Shown piece after piece: positions 1 through 9,323 of a stretch of 64,000 nucleotides of DNA (the stretch's first letter is position 1; every line of letters begins with the position of its first letter). The translations under genes and the position numbers were made by a program. Origin of the DNA: a virus. Below the pieces are notes generated by a model. That model was not told where the DNA came from, did no database searches, and saw nothing but the letters and a program-made list of their open reading frames with translations. The stretch lies in the IMG/VR virus record IMGVR_UViG_3300045988_052780; one strand, given 5' to 3'.

Positions 1-289
1 ATGATAGTTCCATCAATACATCATAGGTTGGAATGCCCTTATCATAGTCAGGATTCATCATTGACTTCTCTATGTCACTTACAAAGACATTAGGAAGGCT
101 GTCGAATGCCATACAACACATAGCATACCTGTATGGGAATCTGGTACTACGCCCCTTCCATATATTCTGATATGCAGGAATTACTAATACTTTATCTACT
201 AGTTTAGAATTAACAACTCCCATTACTACATTGGCATGTCCAATGTGAGGAGGATCGAATGAGCCAAAGAATAAACCTACTCTATTCAT
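1..289 (-). CDS. nadD: nicotinate/nicotinamide mononucleotide adenylyltransferase (NadD/NMNAT-like), N-terminal part only; the gene continues past the window edge
   Basis: Minus-strand translation from ATG at 289..287 gives MNRVGLFFGSFDPPHIGH..., the HxGH nucleotidyltransferase motif of NadD/NMNAT. The ATG overlaps the nadE stop (TATGAATAG). Absent from the ORF track because the window truncates it. Confidence 0.6.
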   Translation of the reverse strand, partial: MNRVGLFFGSFDPPHIGHANVVMGVVNSKLVDKVLVIPAYQNIWKGRSTRFPYRYAMCCMAFDSLPNVFVSDIEKSMMNPDYDKGIPTYDVLMELS

Positions 290-1271
290 ATAACTTTCTA
301 GATATATAAATTGGTGCTTTCTTACGTTTAAATTCAGAAGCTAAATGACGGCCCCAAACCTTATTGACTACATCTTCTCCATGTCTAGCACATAACTGTG
401 ACCAGCAATCAGATTCTGCCATTTCATCATGTGGGTGCATGATTTGTCCAGCTGAATCATAGCTTTTTCTAAAGTCCTCGAATGGAATGAATCTACTAAG
501 TATATCATCCACAGTAGCGTAGTCCTTAGCACCTATCTGGTCTAAGTCACTATTACTAATACCAAGACCATCAGTGGGAACTAGCTTGCAAGAATTATAT
601 ATAGCACATGACATTGCTTTATAATTATCGCAAGTTTCTTTATAATCATTACGAAGAGCTTCTAGAGCTTTACTTTTATAATGGTCTTGCAAATAGTTTG
701 CCAGTCCGTAAACTTCAGTCTTCCACAGGTCTTGAATCGGGTCAAAGTCACCCACATCACCATGAATAGTCCAGAACCCAAGCTGATATTCAGTTTGATT
801 ATCTGTACTCATTACCAATCCTTTATGACGACTAGCTATATCATATAGATACATCATTCTGCACCTAGCTTGAAGATTACCATTAGCAATAGGAGTCCTA
901 CTGGGCATTTCTTCTAGCTCATCGAGATAGTAAGAATTAGCTATATTGACATCACCTGCATCAGCACATGCGTCAAAGAGAGCTGCACGATAGGAACGTT
1001 CGGGCCTATAAACTGAGAAGTCATCACAGAAAGCTTCTCCAACTAACTTAGACACATCAAACTCGTCACTCTTATTCTTAATAGGAAGACTTCTACCTAT
1101 AAGTGGAATGCCAGTTTGTTTACTTACTTCATGACAAATGGCAGCAACAACAGTGGAGTCAATTCCTCCACTGATGCCTAATACCATTGCCTTGAGATTA
1201 TTAACTTTCACATAGTTTGCAGTCTCCTTTACTAGGACTTCAAACACTTTACTATAATCCAAGTTATTCAT
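282..1271 (-). CDS. nadE: NH3-dependent NAD+ synthetase
   Basis: PP-loop ATP pyrophosphatase motif SGGIDSTVV near the N-terminus. Size and layout fit NadE. Confidence 0.8.
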   Translation of the reverse strand: MNNLDYSKVFEVLVKETANYVKVNNLKAMVLGISGGIDSTVVAAICHEVSKQTGIPLIGRSLPIKNKSDEFDVSKLVGEAFCDDFSVYRPERSYRAALFDACADAGDVNIANSYYLDELEEMPSRTPIANGNLQARCRMMYLYDIASRHKGLVMSTDNQTEYQLGFWTIHGDVGDFDPIQDLWKTEVYGLANYLQDHYKSKALEALRNDYKETCDNYKAMSCAIYNSCKLVPTDGLGISNSDLDQIGAKDYATVDDILSRFIPFEDFRKSYDSAGQIMHPHDEMAESDCWSQLCARHGEDVVNKVWGRHLASEFKRKKAPIYISRKLYE

Positions 1272-1453
1272 TTCAATTCACGTTTAAATGTGTATATAAG
1301 TCTTGAAATCTTAGTAGAAATAGAAATGTCTACACGTTTAGAATATTCATGAGATACCATTCCTACTAATTCCCAGCCTAAAGACCCTAGAGCGTCTAAT
1401 TCACTCTCTGATACTGGATAGACTCTTTCTAACATTTTATATTCAAACTTCAT
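1268..1453 (-). CDS. hypothetical small protein inside the NAD operon
   Basis: 61 aa ORF whose start/stop overlap its neighbours. No motif recognised. Confidence 0.4.
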   Translation of the reverse strand: MKFEYKMLERVYPVSESELDALGSLGWELVGMVSHEYSKRVDISISTKISRLIYTFKRELK

Positions 1454-1584
1454 ATTAACTGTGTTTATAAAACAGATAGTTATATTGAGCTTCGGTCATT
1501 TTAACAGCAGCACAGAGAATCCATCCCTGTGCTCCCAGCTCATTTAATTCTTCCACGCTCATTACTGAACCATATACAGTCTTT

Positions 1585-2763
1585 CTAAGGTACTCTATAT
1601 GCATATCCCAAATCAGTTAAACACCTTTGAACATCCTCAATCTTACCGGTGTGTTTACCGGCATCATCTGATAATTTAACACAACCAAATATTGGTTGGT
1701 TAGAATTCATTTGGCAGCTAGTAAGTTTCATTACAATGTTAGCTGGCTTAAAACCAGTATCGTTAGTAAGATTAGTACCAATACCAAATGAACATCTAAT
1801 CCTACCTCTACAGTATTCCATAATATCTTGACATTTGTCAAAATCTAGGGCATTACTAAAGACAATGGTCTTAGTCGTGGGATCAACACCAAGTTCTTTA
1901 TAACGACTAATCATATCGTTTATAAACTTGTATTCATCCCCAGAATCACATCGTACTCCGTCAAACAGTTTAGCTTGCTTACGAGACAGATTCTTCATAA
2001 ACGTATACGAGGTATATGTATCAGACAATGCTATACCTAGATCGCCATCATACACATTTACCCAGTTCTCAAGAGCCATATAGTTAGCCTGCCTATAACC
2101 ATACATAGCACCATGGAACATGAACCATTCATGTGGGTGAGTTCCCATCATAGGCATATCATACTTCATTGCTAAATGGCAATTAGAAGTACCAGTACAA
2201 TAAATAGATCCTTCCTTGATTGTAGATACTACTATGTCTTGCACATTATAACTAAATCGTCTTCTAGTACCAAATTCAGAGAATTTAATCCCGGCAACAT
2301 TAGAAAGCTTAATTTTAGGTGATAGCCTCTTAATAACGTCAGCCAAATCACAGTTGTTATCAAATATTCTGCTGCGCAATTCTGATACTATTGCAAGAAT
2401 AGGTACTTCATATAAAGTAACCTTATAAAGATAGTCAGTTACTTTAATGTGTAAGTGGCCGTTTTCATCTAAGGATGCTTGTATTTTGCCAGAATTGAAT
2501 TTAAATGAAGATAGCCATTCCCAATAGACTGGAGGAATGAATCTACAATTATTATTCATATATTCTTGTTCATCCTTAGCAAGATGTAACATTCCTAGGG
2601 AACCAAGCTCCAAGTATAGTCTCTCTATGAAGTCTTCTGGATACTCAGTATTATCACGATCAATAAATTCAAAAGTTCCTCTAGCTTGAGGAAATAATTT
2701 CATATAAGCATACGAAGTTGTAAACTTATATAAATCTGTATCTAATATAGATTTAATTATCAT
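1585..2763 (-). CDS. pncB: nicotinate phosphoribosyltransferase
   Basis: N-terminal LDTDLYKFT and VPILAIVSE closely match E. coli PncB (LLDTDAYKL..., VPLLAVISE). 392 aa. Confidence 0.85.
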   Translation of the reverse strand: MIIKSILDTDLYKFTTSYAYMKLFPQARGTFEFIDRDNTEYPEDFIERLYLELGSLGMLHLAKDEQEYMNNNCRFIPPVYWEWLSSFKFNSGKIQASLDENGHLHIKVTDYLYKVTLYEVPILAIVSELRSRIFDNNCDLADVIKRLSPKIKLSNVAGIKFSEFGTRRRFSYNVQDIVVSTIKEGSIYCTGTSNCHLAMKYDMPMMGTHPHEWFMFHGAMYGYRQANYMALENWVNVYDGDLGIALSDTYTSYTFMKNLSRKQAKLFDGVRCDSGDEYKFINDMISRYKELGVDPTTKTIVFSNALDFDKCQDIMEYCRGRIRCSFGIGTNLTNDTGFKPANIVMKLTSCQMNSNQPIFGCVKLSDDAGKHTGKIEDVQRCLTDLGYAYRVP

Positions 2764-3055
2764 CTCGTTTAAACATTTCTATAATTCTACACACTACTGA
2801 ATCGATAGTTTGTAATGATTCTATTATTCTACTATCTCTATATTCCTTAGACCAGGTACTATACTCTTTATGGTTAGTTATTCTCTGCACTATAGAGCCT
2901 ATTACTAGAATAGCATTGACATAAGGAATCAAGCCTACTATGCCCGTAAACACTACTACTTTAGTAGTAAGATAAGGCCTAGTAACTTCATTAGAATAAA
3001 CACTAGCAATTACACATACAAACACCAGTACTGAAATAGCATAAATTAATCCCAT
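2753..3055 (-). CDS. small membrane protein (predicted 3 TM)
   Basis: Hydrophobic segments. Located between pncB and pncA. Confidence 0.4.
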   Translation of the reverse strand: MGLIYAISVLVFVCVIASVYSNEVTRPYLTTKVVVFTGIVGLIPYVNAILVIGSIVQRITNHKEYSTWSKEYRDSRIIESLQTIDSVVCRIIEMFKRDDN

Positions 3056-3624
3056 TTTAAGTTATATTCTTTAATTAGTTCAACTAGTTTATCTCCTCCG
3101 TCTATAGAGGCTATATACTTAGTATCTACTATTATGTTGTCTGCATACCCCATAGCTATTAAACTACAAATGGTTTCATACACACAATAATCACCAGCTA
3201 TACCGACTACTCGAATTTCGTTATCTGGGTCAGATTCAAAATCAAGTAATATGTCTGATATAACAGAAAGACTTTCTAGATTATCAAAGATACTATATTC
3301 TTCTTTGTCAGTACTATCTCCTTTAATAAAGATGTCTGTATCCTTACGATAAGCATAGTTGTTTATTACACTCCACAGTGGAGCATACACACAACTACCA
3401 GCAGTACCTTTAACACAATGTGGAGGCCATTGACCTCCGTTCTCTTTAAAGGAGCAGTGATTAGATGGGTGAAAGTCCTTAGTAATCATTACATAGTCAC
3501 AGTCAATTTCACCGTTCTGTAATGCACTAGCAAGAGCATCCATCTTCTCTTTAGCTCCTTCTACAGCTAAGGACCCACTGATAAAATCTACCTGTGGGTC
3601 TACAATTAATAAGATCTTGTCCAT
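3046..3624 (-). CDS. pncA: nicotinamidase (isochorismatase family)
   Basis: LLIVDPQVDF...GSLAV, DFHPSNH and AGDYCV match the PncA catalytic D/K/C framework (E. coli LLLVDLQNDF, DWHPANH, ATDYCV). Confidence 0.85.
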   Translation of the reverse strand: MDKILLIVDPQVDFISGSLAVEGAKEKMDALASALQNGEIDCDYVMITKDFHPSNHCSFKENGGQWPPHCVKGTAGSCVYAPLWSVINNYAYRKDTDIFIKGDSTDKEEYSIFDNLESLSVISDILLDFESDPDNEIRVVGIAGDYCVYETICSLIAMGYADNIIVDTKYIASIDGGDKLVELIKEYNLKWD

Positions 3625-3625
3625 T

Positions 3626-3859
3626 CTACTTACTATATGCTGCTATAGCAGCCCCAATTACTATAATTATTAGAGCAATTATTAAAATTCCGAATACAAG
3701 GGCAACTGGTATCCATAATGGAGCCAGCACCCACCACCAAGACCAAGTAGCTACAGCAGAAACTCCTAATAGCTTAAGAGTTATAAATACAATTGCTAAA
3801 AGTGTACACAAACTGGGTCCTCTATATATTACTTCAGGAGTGTTAACTGTATACTTCAT
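3626..3859 (-). CDS. small hydrophobic membrane protein
   Basis: 77 aa with two long hydrophobic stretches and a WSWWW motif. Confidence 0.35.
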   Translation of the reverse strand: MKYTVNTPEVIYRGPSLCTLLAIVFITLKLLGVSAVATWSWWWVLAPLWIPVALVFGILIIALIIIVIGAAIAAYSK

Positions 3860-3860
3860 T

Positions 3861-4580
3861 TTAGATATTTAAGTATAAGGGTTCATAATGAATATTATAA
3901 TCTTCTCCCACTAAGCTTACATTGGCTAAATGAATACCTGTAATTTCCTGTAATTCATGATTACCACTGTGAATGTGTCCACAAAAGCAATAATCTGGTT
4001 GCTTACGCATTATTTCGTCTGCTAGCCAAGGATTGCCTGCATCTTTACCTGCCCATGCTCCAGTATGTATCTCTCCTAAACCTAACATCTTAGGGGCATC
4101 ATGAGAAAGTAGAATATTGCAATCTATAGGAATATCGGAATATCTATCCTGTAATGTCTCCGATTCTCGCATAAATGCCCAATTACCGAAGATCTTACAG
4201 TATGGAGTTCCAAAGATTCTAAGTTTAACAAAGACTCCAGGCTTTACTTCGTAATCATAATCCCACATTTTATGATGGAGATATACTAGCTTACCATCCG
4301 TAGGTTTATTAAATGTTTCATATATTTCAGGTTCCATACCTCCATTTCTTTCAAACCAGAAGTCATGATTACCTGCTATAAATATAACATGTTTACACGG
4401 AAGATTGTTAGCCCACGGAATAAACTCAGTCTTTAACCATTCTAGAGAAGCAGGCATATTTAACTGAACAGACAGTGGCATTATATCTCCACATATGAAG
4501 AATAACTCACAGGGTTCTATTTCTGGAAGTATTCCATGTAAATCAGATGTTGCTCCTATTCGCATTTCTCGGCTGTACAT
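3861..4580 (-). CDS. calcineurin-like metallophosphoesterase
   Basis: Motifs GATSDLHG, CGDIMP, AGNHDFW, GHIHSGNHE. Confidence 0.6.
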   Translation of the reverse strand: MYSREMRIGATSDLHGILPEIEPCELFFICGDIMPLSVQLNMPASLEWLKTEFIPWANNLPCKHVIFIAGNHDFWFERNGGMEPEIYETFNKPTDGKLVYLHHKMWDYDYEVKPGVFVKLRIFGTPYCKIFGNWAFMRESETLQDRYSDIPIDCNILLSHDAPKMLGLGEIHTGAWAGKDAGNPWLADEIMRKQPDYCFCGHIHSGNHELQEITGIHLANVSLVGEDYNIHYEPLYLNI

Positions 4581-4798
4581 TTAATCCGTATTTCAACCAT
4601 CTCTCCATCGTCAATGTTAGGAAGTGATTCCATAAAGTCTATACCGTAGACATCCTCAATCTCCGTTTCTGGTATCCACTCATAATCCTCTGGTTCCTCA
4701 TCAGAGTTATTCCATATATCTTCATACTTAACTGGAGCTACTGACCCTTTATAAAGCCATTTATCTCCGATGTCGTCTATACAATACCAAAACCTCAT
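4556..4798 (-). CDS. small acidic Trp-rich protein, paralog family A member 1
   Basis: MRFWYCIDDIGDKWLY... shares the R.WY..D..G..Y.Y N-terminus and W/E-rich body with 4801..5049 and 6407..6628. Confidence 0.45.
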   Translation of the reverse strand: MRFWYCIDDIGDKWLYKGSVAPVKYEDIWNNSDEEPEDYEWIPETEIEDVYGIDFMESLPNIDDGEMVEIRIKCTAEKCE

Positions 4799-4800
4799 AG

Positions 4801-5049
4801 TTACTTCATTTTAAGTTCACATACAAGTTCTATCTCCATACATTCCCCTTTATTCAGTTCAGGGAAAGCAACTGTTCCGAACAACTTATTAAGGCTGTCA
4901 TTAAAGTCTTCTTCCGACCAAAATATACCATCGTCGTCTGATTCCTCCCACTTTCCATCATTCATAGTTGGAGGATTGTATCCAACATATAAATATACAT
5001 AATCAGCAAGACTTCCTTTTAAGTCTCTACAATACCATGCTCGTTTCAT
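4801..5049 (-). CDS. small acidic Trp-rich protein, paralog family A member 2
   Basis: MKRAWYCRDLKGSLADYVYLY... same family. Confidence 0.45.
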   Translation of the reverse strand: MKRAWYCRDLKGSLADYVYLYVGYNPPTMNDGKWEESDDDGIFWSEEDFNDSLNKLFGTVAFPELNKGECMEIELVCELKMK

Positions 5050-5309
5050 TCTTTATACCAAGTCGTATTTAACTGTTCGTCAATCTCAAACTGTAATGGG
5101 CCCTTATCAGGCGTAGTGGTTGGAATAAAACAATCTCTAAACACATCGTCTGTAGCCGAGGTCCAAAGAAATTTGTTATCATTTCCACGCCAGCTGCCAC
5201 CCCTTGTTGCTGTAGGCGCATCGCCATCTGTAACATATAAGTCTCCTTCCTGTACAGCTACTACCCACCATTTACCTACTGGACTAGTTATGGGGATTCT
5301 CATGTCCAA
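5046..5309 (-). CDS. hypothetical protein
   Basis: 87 aa ORF tiled with neighbours. Confidence 0.35.
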   Translation of the reverse strand: MDMRIPITSPVGKWWVVAVQEGDLYVTDGDAPTATRGGSWRGNDNKFLWTSATDDVFRDCFIPTTTPDKGPLQFEIDEQLNTTWYKE

Positions 5310-5565
5310 ATTCAGATATATCTTTTAAGTAGTCAAACATTTCATCTTCATCTTTAGTAAGCTCTAAAAGTGGAATTATTGATATGGATATACCAGGTCT
5401 ATATACATAATACCACTTGTTATCAACACCAACCCAAGTAGCTAAGTCCGATGTACGCATATAAGGCTTACCTTGAGCTTCTAGTTCTCTTCTAATGCCT
5501 GGATTTGGACACGAAGGACCAAGTTCTATCTCTATACTGTGTCCATGAATTACTTTAACCGACAT
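5284..5565 (-). CDS. hypothetical protein
   Basis: 93 aa ORF. Confidence 0.35.
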   Translation of the reverse strand: MSVKVIHGHSIEIELGPSCPNPGIRRELEAQGKPYMRTSDLATWVGVDNKWYYVYRPGISISIIPLLELTKDEDEMFDYLKDISEFGHENPHN

Positions 5566-5570
5566 AGGTT

Positions 5571-5807
5571 TTAGTCATTACTAAGAGTTATTGATCCTTC
5601 GAAGCGAGACCATCTAGATAATTCCTTATAAGTCTTTAAAGTTCCAGGTGGCGTTGCATTATGTTGTAAGACAACTACCATATACCCATTATCATCAGAG
5701 CGGCCAACGTAAATACCTATAACAGTTAATCCGAAGTCTCCAAATCTGATTATGGTTCCCTTCTTAGGAGTAGGAACCATTTCGGCATTGTTCATAACTA
5801 CCTTCAT
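5571..5807 (-). CDS. hypothetical protein
   Basis: 78 aa ORF. Confidence 0.35.
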   Translation of the reverse strand: MKVVMNNAEMVPTPKKGTIIRFGDFGLTVIGIYVGRSDDNGYMVVVLQHNATPPGTLKTYKELSRWSRFEGSITLSND

Positions 5808-6211
5808 TCCTTCAAGTCTCCCATTACATTACGGCTAAGCCTGTCATCAATTCTCTCCTTACAAGCATCAAGATAAGCTTCAAGTGCAGCTACCTGTTTG
5901 GCATTCTGTTCACAAGGGAACTTCTCATTGAGCTTCTTTACTCTATCGAGTAAGATAAGTACCAGTTGTTCTGATTGCCAGCCTGGAGTTATTGTGCCAT
6001 CTTCATGTTTATGGACAAACTGAATAGTATCAGTAGCATCCACATACTTAGTTTTACCATTAACAAAGCCAGCACACATTTGGGCACGGTAACGATGAGC
6101 TCCATTGAATCCATCATCGGGAATTACTTCAATAGTTTCCTTATTACTAGGATACACCTTTAAGTCCTTAACTGGAACATACTTCTTTCTACTACTAATA
6201 ATTCTTGCCAT
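5804..6211 (-). CDS. hypothetical protein
   Basis: 135 aa ORF. Confidence 0.4.
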   Translation of the reverse strand: MARIISSRKKYVPVKDLKVYPSNKETIEVIPDDGFNGAHRYRAQMCAGFVNGKTKYVDATDTIQFVHKHEDGTITPGWQSEQLVLILLDRVKKLNEKFPCEQNAKQVAALEAYLDACKERIDDRLSRNVMGDLKE

Positions 6212-6216
6212 AATAC

Positions 6217-6429
6217 TTATTCTTTATAAATGTTAAATGTTTCACCTATTTCATTAAGAGTATCGCATAGATGTTCTACACATCTTATAAGTGCCTCTTT
6301 CTCCAATCCTTCTAGCCATTTAAGTCTAGTCTCTGGAGTACAATCTTCAATACAAGTAGGAATGGGTTTCTCCTCTCCTTCTAGTTTATCGAAGATAAAT
6401 ATACCACTAAGATTTCTCCGCAATTTCAT
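6217..6429 (-). CDS. hypothetical small Cys-containing protein
   Basis: 70 aa ORF. Confidence 0.3.
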   Translation of the reverse strand: MKLRRNLSGIFIFDKLEGEEKPIPTCIEDCTPETRLKWLEGLEKEALIRCVEHLCDTLNEIGETFNIYKE

Positions 6430-6628
6430 ACTTCATTTCAAACTCTATCGGTGTATCATACCAAGTAATGTTTGGAGTTTCTACACCATTAAACAATTCA
6501 CTTGTAGCGGAATATGCTTCTCCATCGCAGTTCCACATTTCACTGTCAACATCTCTGTAAGGTGCTTCTGTATAGAAGTATCCTTCTCCATCTCTGTCAA
6601 CAGCATACCAGACTCTAATTGCTTTCAT
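6407..6628 (-). CDS. small acidic Trp-rich protein, paralog family A member 3
   Basis: [19 protein letters not shown]... same family as 4556..4798 and 4801..5049. Confidence 0.45.
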   Translation of the reverse strand: MKAIRVWYAVDRDGEGYFYTEAPYRDVDSEMWNCDGEAYSATSELFNGVETPNITWYDTPIEFEMKYEIAEKS

Positions 6629-7205
6629 TTACTTGTTTCTCAATTATATGTTTTACTTGTATATATGACACAGGAATATAATTGTTATTATCAACTCCTA
6701 CATCGTATTGAGTCGGGAATAAATATTTTAATCTATCAATATCAATTCCCGTACCATTTGGACCTGAATGCACATGCCCAAATAATTGCCATACAGTAGC
6801 CTCTGGTTTGCGGTATGTTCCGCCATAACACAAGAAAGGATAGTGATTCAAGTAAATACTACGATTCTCTATCCTTATTTGCATTTGTGGAACTACTGCC
6901 TCAAACTTATCCATGTAACCTTGACGTATGTTCTTGTGGTCGTGATTCCCGAGTATTAGGTATATTTTACCATTAAGTCGGGATAAAACCTTATTCCATA
7001 CATCACTGCCACCCAAAGCAAAATCTCCCAAATGGAAGACTGTATCATCGTCTGTGACCACATTATTCCAGTTCTCTACCAACATATCGTTCATATGATT
7101 AACATCTCTGAATGGACGCCTACACAGATTAATAATGTTAGCATGGTTCCAGTGGGTATCTGACGTAAAGAAAGTATGCTCCGGGTCAAATTCAAACTGC
7201 TTCAT
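6615..7205 (-). CDS. calcineurin-like metallophosphoesterase (second copy)
   Basis: Motifs [28 protein letters not shown]. Confidence 0.6.
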   Translation of the reverse strand: MKQFEFDPEHTFFTSDTHWNHANIINLCRRPFRDVNHMNDMLVENWNNVVTDDDTVFHLGDFALGGSDVWNKVLSRLNGKIYLILGNHDHKNIRQGYMDKFEAVVPQMQIRIENRSIYLNHYPFLCYGGTYRKPEATVWQLFGHVHSGPNGTGIDIDRLKYLFPTQYDVGVDNNNYIPVSYIQVKHIIEKQVNESN

Positions 7206-7534
7206 TTACCACAACAATATTTATACTTCTTACCACTGCCACATGGACACGTTTCATTCCTTCCAATCTTAGGAGCTTCACGTACATATGGAGTTCTACT
7301 TAGATATTTACTAATCATGTTTCTTAATTTAACCTCTTCCTCTGGAGATAGTTCCTTATCAAGGTCTAAGGCTGCTTTAGCTTCTTGCATTCTAAATGTG
7401 AATAAATATTTAACAAATAATATTAATCTACATATCCTATTAATCTGCATATCGAAGATTCTTTGATCAGCTCTGTGCTGTTCACGTTTAGTTCTTCTGA
7501 TATCAGTTCTAAACTTGTATACTCCCTGGATCAT
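7202..7534 (-). CDS. small SEC-C metal-binding motif protein (true start probably an internal Met)
   Basis: C-terminus [17 protein letters not shown] is the SecA-type SEC-C Zn-binding motif. The N-terminal third overlaps ThyX and is doubtful. Confidence 0.4.
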   Translation of the reverse strand: MIQGVYKFRTDIRRTKREQHRADQRIFDMQINRICRLILFVKYLFTFRMQEAKAALDLDKELSPEEEVKLRNMISKYLSRTPYVREAPKIGRNETCPCGSGKKYKYCCGK

Positions 7535-8432
7535 AAGTATTAATATAACCTGCTAATATCATCCTATCCCTCAGCTCAATTGCTAACTCCCTAGCTTGAG
7601 GATGAGCATCACGTGCACATCTTAAATTGAAGAATCCTGCCCACTGTTCATCAGTACCAGTCATTATTAATTCTGTCTTTAATGCTAAAGGTAATACATT
7701 TCTAGCTTGTTGAGCAGGCTCACCCTCTGTCAACAATCCGAAATATGTACTTTCTGCCTCACACATAGCTTGTATCCATGCGGCTTCAGTTCGAGACAAT
7801 CCTTCAGATATAGTTAAATCATAAGTATGACATAATTCTATATTATATGAATTACCCTCGAACATATTCTTATACCAGCACGGTATTATACAATTTAATT
7901 CCTTACCAAACTTAGCCTTAGAGTAATTACAATACCTAGTACTCTCTTGAGCAAAACTAAATACTCTATGTCTACAGAACTCTCTGGCAACTCCCATATC
8001 ACATATAAACCTTACAGTTATTCGTCTAACATGATACTCTGTAGGTTCACATAAATATTGCAAATCATCAAGCCAGCCATTCTGAAGTAGTACTCTATAG
8101 TTACTAGTCACACACCAATAATCATAAATTTGACTGTTTTGCACTATAGAATATGGATTATCAATATATTTAGTAGCTATAGCTTCATTAGAGAAATACC
8201 CTGTATCATACATAATTCCATAAGGAATCTTAAGATATACAGTGCCATGCTCTAACATAGCAGTATGACCTCTAGCTACAATAACATTATCAATAAACTT
8301 TCTGGCACTATCTTCAGTAATCTTATCTTCAGACTTGTAACAAGTCCTTGCACACAGTTCCATGTGTTTGAAGAGACCTTCAACACCTGGTTTCTGGTTA
8401 ATAATTTCTACTTTCGGTTTGATTAAACGCAC
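7509..8432 (-). CDS. thyX: flavin-dependent thymidylate synthase
   Basis: ThyX signature RHRxxSxxxxSxRY is present as [16 protein letters not shown]. Confidence 0.85.
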   Translation of the reverse strand: MRLIKPKVEIINQKPGVEGLFKHMELCARTCYKSEDKITEDSARKFIDNVIVARGHTAMLEHGTVYLKIPYGIMYDTGYFSNEAIATKYIDNPYSIVQNSQIYDYWCVTSNYRVLLQNGWLDDLQYLCEPTEYHVRRITVRFICDMGVAREFCRHRVFSFAQESTRYCNYSKAKFGKELNCIIPCWYKNMFEGNSYNIELCHTYDLTISEGLSRTEAAWIQAMCEAESTYFGLLTEGEPAQQARNVLPLALKTELIMTGTDEQWAGFFNLRCARDAHPQARELAIELRDRMILAGYINTYDPGSIQV

Positions 8433-8851
8433 TAATAAAATGTTACTTCTTTAGAACCAAATTCATCTAATTCTTTAATTGTTTCATCTTGTACTATATC
8501 ATCTATAGGTTCTGGAGCATTTCTAGACCATATAGACTGTAGGTATTTGGGGTCTTTAAGATACCAAAGTCCACAAGGAGCAGTGTGGGGAAATTCCTTC
8601 CTCTTCTCCTCAACATCAGTATAAACCCTTTTATATACTTCCATTATGTCCCATTCTGAGTTGGTACTACCTTTCACAGTCATATCTGGAGCATAACTAG
8701 AAATATCCATATAACCATTATCAGCTGCAAATATGGTGGTAACTTTATCAACAATCTTATCACAAAAGATCCTAACGTCAGTAAGTACTACATACAGTCC
8801 ACCATTCCTTAGCTTAACAACCATTGTATTCTCTAGATCATTCAGAGTCAT
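8432..8851 (-). CDS. hypothetical protein
   Basis: 139 aa ORF. Confidence 0.4.
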   Translation of the reverse strand: MTLNDLENTMVVKLRNGGLYVVLTDVRIFCDKIVDKVTTIFAADNGYMDISSYAPDMTVKGSTNSEWDIMEVYKRVYTDVEEKRKEFPHTAPCGLWYLKDPKYLQSIWSRNAPEPIDDIVQDETIKELDEFGSKEVTFY

Positions 8852-9323
8852 CGTCCCAATTCAAATAAGGATTAGATGCAAGGTTATAGTTATAATACCT
8901 TGTATCTTCTGTGACTTCGTCTCCAACAAAATCAGGCAATTCTGGATTCAAAGTTGCCTGAGTTAATTCACACTCAGCAATTGTCAATCCTTCATTGTCT
9001 CCCAAGAACTCATCAATTTCCCATTTGTTACCTTTATGGTAAACTATATAACGTACTTTACGTATAACGTTCGGGCAAAGTTTTAACAATTCTAATGCCT
9101 CATACTTTGGAATTTCCTGCCGCCATTCAAACCTACTAAGAGTTCCCTTAGCTTTTATAAATAGCCAGCCTTTATTCTCCCTAATAGCTATTCTAGTCTC
9201 AGATAGAGGATTATCTCCAAGATATCCTTGAATTATTAATCCTGCTTTCTGAGCCTGTACTTTATAGCTATTATTCTTTACTAAATACTTTCTTTCAATT
9301 TCTGTCATAATTAATGTACCCAA
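8838..9323 (-). CDS. CYTH-domain triphosphate tunnel metalloenzyme (CyaB/ThTPase-like)
   Basis: N-terminal EIERKYLV (the defining ExExK motif), followed by the RIAIR, KGTLSRFEWRQEI and ECELTQ strands typical of CYTH. Confidence 0.7.
   Translation of the reverse strand: MGTLIMTEIERKYLVKNNSYKVQAQKAGLIIQGYLGDNPLSETRIAIRENKGWLFIKAKGTLSRFEWRQEIPKYEALELLKLCPNVIRKVRYIVYHKGNKWEIDEFLGDNEGLTIAECELTQATLNPELPDFVGDEVTEDTRYYNYNLASNPYLNWDDDSE

Noticed and set aside
1490-1535. Hairpin AGCACAG...CTGTGCT downstream of pncB as a terminator
   Set aside because: No U-rich tract follows on the transcribed strand, and the genes here appear co-transcribed with overlapping or closely spaced ends.
6230-6799. 189 aa plus-strand ORF
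   Set aside because: Low-complexity Ser/Leu-rich translation lying entirely antisense to well-supported minus-strand genes. Typical spurious ORF on the opposite strand of AT-rich coding sequence.
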